This document shows, piece by piece, positions 63,025 to 64,000 of a DNA stretch of 64,000 nt. The translations under genes and the position numbers were made by a program. The notes under the pieces were generated by a model. That model was not told where the DNA came from. It saw only the letters and a list, made by a program, of their open reading frames with translations, and did no database searches. The DNA comes from Candidatus Doudnabacteria bacterium. Lineage in GTDB: Bacteria > Patescibacteriota > Doudnabacteria > UBA920. The stretch lies in NCBI GenBank assembly GCA_016218585.1, contig JACRDK010000030.1:24277-88276 (forward strand). The letters are read 5' to 3'. The first letter of the stretch is position 1. Each line of letters opens with the position of its first letter.

Positions 63025-64000
63025 TGGAAGTAATAGTCAACCTTGTTCCAAATTTTGCAGTAATTTTTCAAATAGCCTTCCTCTTTATAACTAAAGGCGG
63101 GTGGGTGCTTTTTGTAATTGGTTTAATATATATGCTATGGCGCATGTACTATACGGAAATTCGCCATCAATATGTCCACAACCAGGAATGGATTTTTTTA
63201 AGCATCAAAGTCCCGCGGGAAAATTTAGTTAGCACAATGGCCGTAGACACTATTTTTACCCATATGCATGCCTTACATTCCAGCAAAACTTTTGCGGAAA
63301 CCTATATGGAAGGCCATGATCAGCTCTGGTATAGTTTGGAAATAGTAAGCTTGGGTGGAAAAATTAGCTTTGTTTTGCGCATCCCAAAGAACGCTAAAAA
63401 TTTAGTGGAAGCGGCGTTTTACTCTCATTACCCGCAGGCCGAGATTAATGTAGTTAACGACTATTTGGAAAATGTCCATTATGATCCGGAAACTTCCACG
63501 GATATAGATGTATTTGGCACGGAATGGAAACTGGAAGAAGATGACGTTTTTCCTCTGAAAACTTTTCGCGATTTTGAACATCCGGCCGCCGAAGAAACCA
63601 TTATCGACCCGCTGGCAAATTTATTCGAGAGTTTGACCAAAATAGAACCTCACGAACTTTTTGCCATACAAATAATTATTCAACCATTGGGCGACAACGA
63701 ATGGAAGCCCAGAGCGGAACGAAAAGTCAAAGAATTAATTGGCGAAGAGTTGCCGCACACGGTAGGCTTTTTGGATATTTTGTTGGCGCCATTTAATTGG
63801 TTTGCAAAATTTAGCTACAAAGATGCCTTGCTTGGTGGCGGCCACGGACACGGCCATGAAGAAGAAAAGGCTCAAAAAAATAACTGGATGAGCCTTACGG
63901 AAACCGAAAAAGAGCGGGTGACATTAGTGGAAAAGAAAATGAGCAAGCCAGGGTATAGAACCAAAATCCGTTTCTTGTATATTGCCCCTAAAAATAATTT
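63025..64000 (+). CDS. Hypothetical membrane-associated protein, 3'-partial (runs off the window end)
   Basis: ATG at 63025, open frame to the end of the window; N-terminal hydrophobic hairpin AVIFQIAFLFITKGGWVLFVIGLIYMLW; no recognisable catalytic motif. Confidence 0.5.

Noticed and set aside
1-64000. CRISPR arrays, tRNA genes, rRNA genes, transposases/IS elements, integrases
   Set aside because: All intergenic regions were scanned by eye. There are no regularly spaced 25-40-bp direct repeats, no GGTTCGA-type T-arms with cloverleaf context, and no transposase or integrase motifs (DDE, tyrosine recombinase R..H..R..Y) in any ORF.

Overview
This is a 64 kb window from an AT-rich (roughly 40% GC), gene-dense bacterial genome. 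Almost every gene is on the + strand. The gene content suggests a CPR/Patescibacteria-like, possibly Saccharibacteria-like, reduced genome. Ribosomal proteins carry N-terminal extensions, AlaRS is a short form, there are many glycosyltransferases, a giant surface protein with DUF11-like repeats sits next to a sortase, and no de novo nucleotide biosynthesis context is visible.

Recognisable blocks, in order:
- A sortase and a 1443-aa surface protein that ends in a C-terminal sorting signal.
- A galE-like epimerase, a GT2 enzyme, an S8 protease and a secreted protein; the last two share the same repeats.
- An envelope glycan cluster (Wzx flippase, cytidylyltransferase, GT4, O-antigen-ligase-like protein, two GT2 enzymes).
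- ctpA, alaS, a four-helix-bundle (23S intervening-sequence-type) gene flanked by inverted repeats, and pgi.
- infA and rpmJ (rpmJ is missed by the ORF track), then rpsM, rpsK, rpsD, rpoA, rplQ, rplM and rpsI.
- A SIMPL protein, then RNase P RNA on the minus strand (the ORF track shows spurious ORFs there) next to a GIY-YIG gene.
- A second glycan cluster (sugar phosphotransferase, GT4, SDR, GT4, GT4), followed by murG, a patatin gene, murC, an unknown gene and murB.
- hpf, secA, and a nucleotide house-cleaning/salvage cluster (HD, cdd, DUF218, NUDIX, guanylate-kinase-like, Ham1, guanylate-kinase-like).
- pepN, an L,D-transpeptidase, pgeF, a large unknown protein, secD and secF, a protein with a sigma-70 region-4-like HTH, and a partial membrane protein at the 3' edge.

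The most unusual signal is four dispersed, compositionally anomalous (roughly 53-60% GC) single-gene cassettes at 1.15-2.74 kb, 13.59-14.35 kb, 32.88-33.42 kb and 48.9-49.3 kb. Each lies between hairpin terminators, and three of them have a strong SD and a near-consensus sigma-70 promoter. One encodes an isolated PurH IMP-cyclohydrolase domain with degenerate motifs; this looks like foreign DNA, possibly from a high-GC host. A roughly 200-nt GC-rich, highly structured intergenic element at 7.34-7.54 kb is a candidate novel ncRNA.

Other notable points: a Phd/YefM-like N-terminal extension on GalE; paired palindromic operators upstream of the NUDIX gene; a repeat array between secD and secF; and a patatin gene translationally coupled inside the murG-murC-murB block. 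No CRISPR array, tRNA or rRNA was found.
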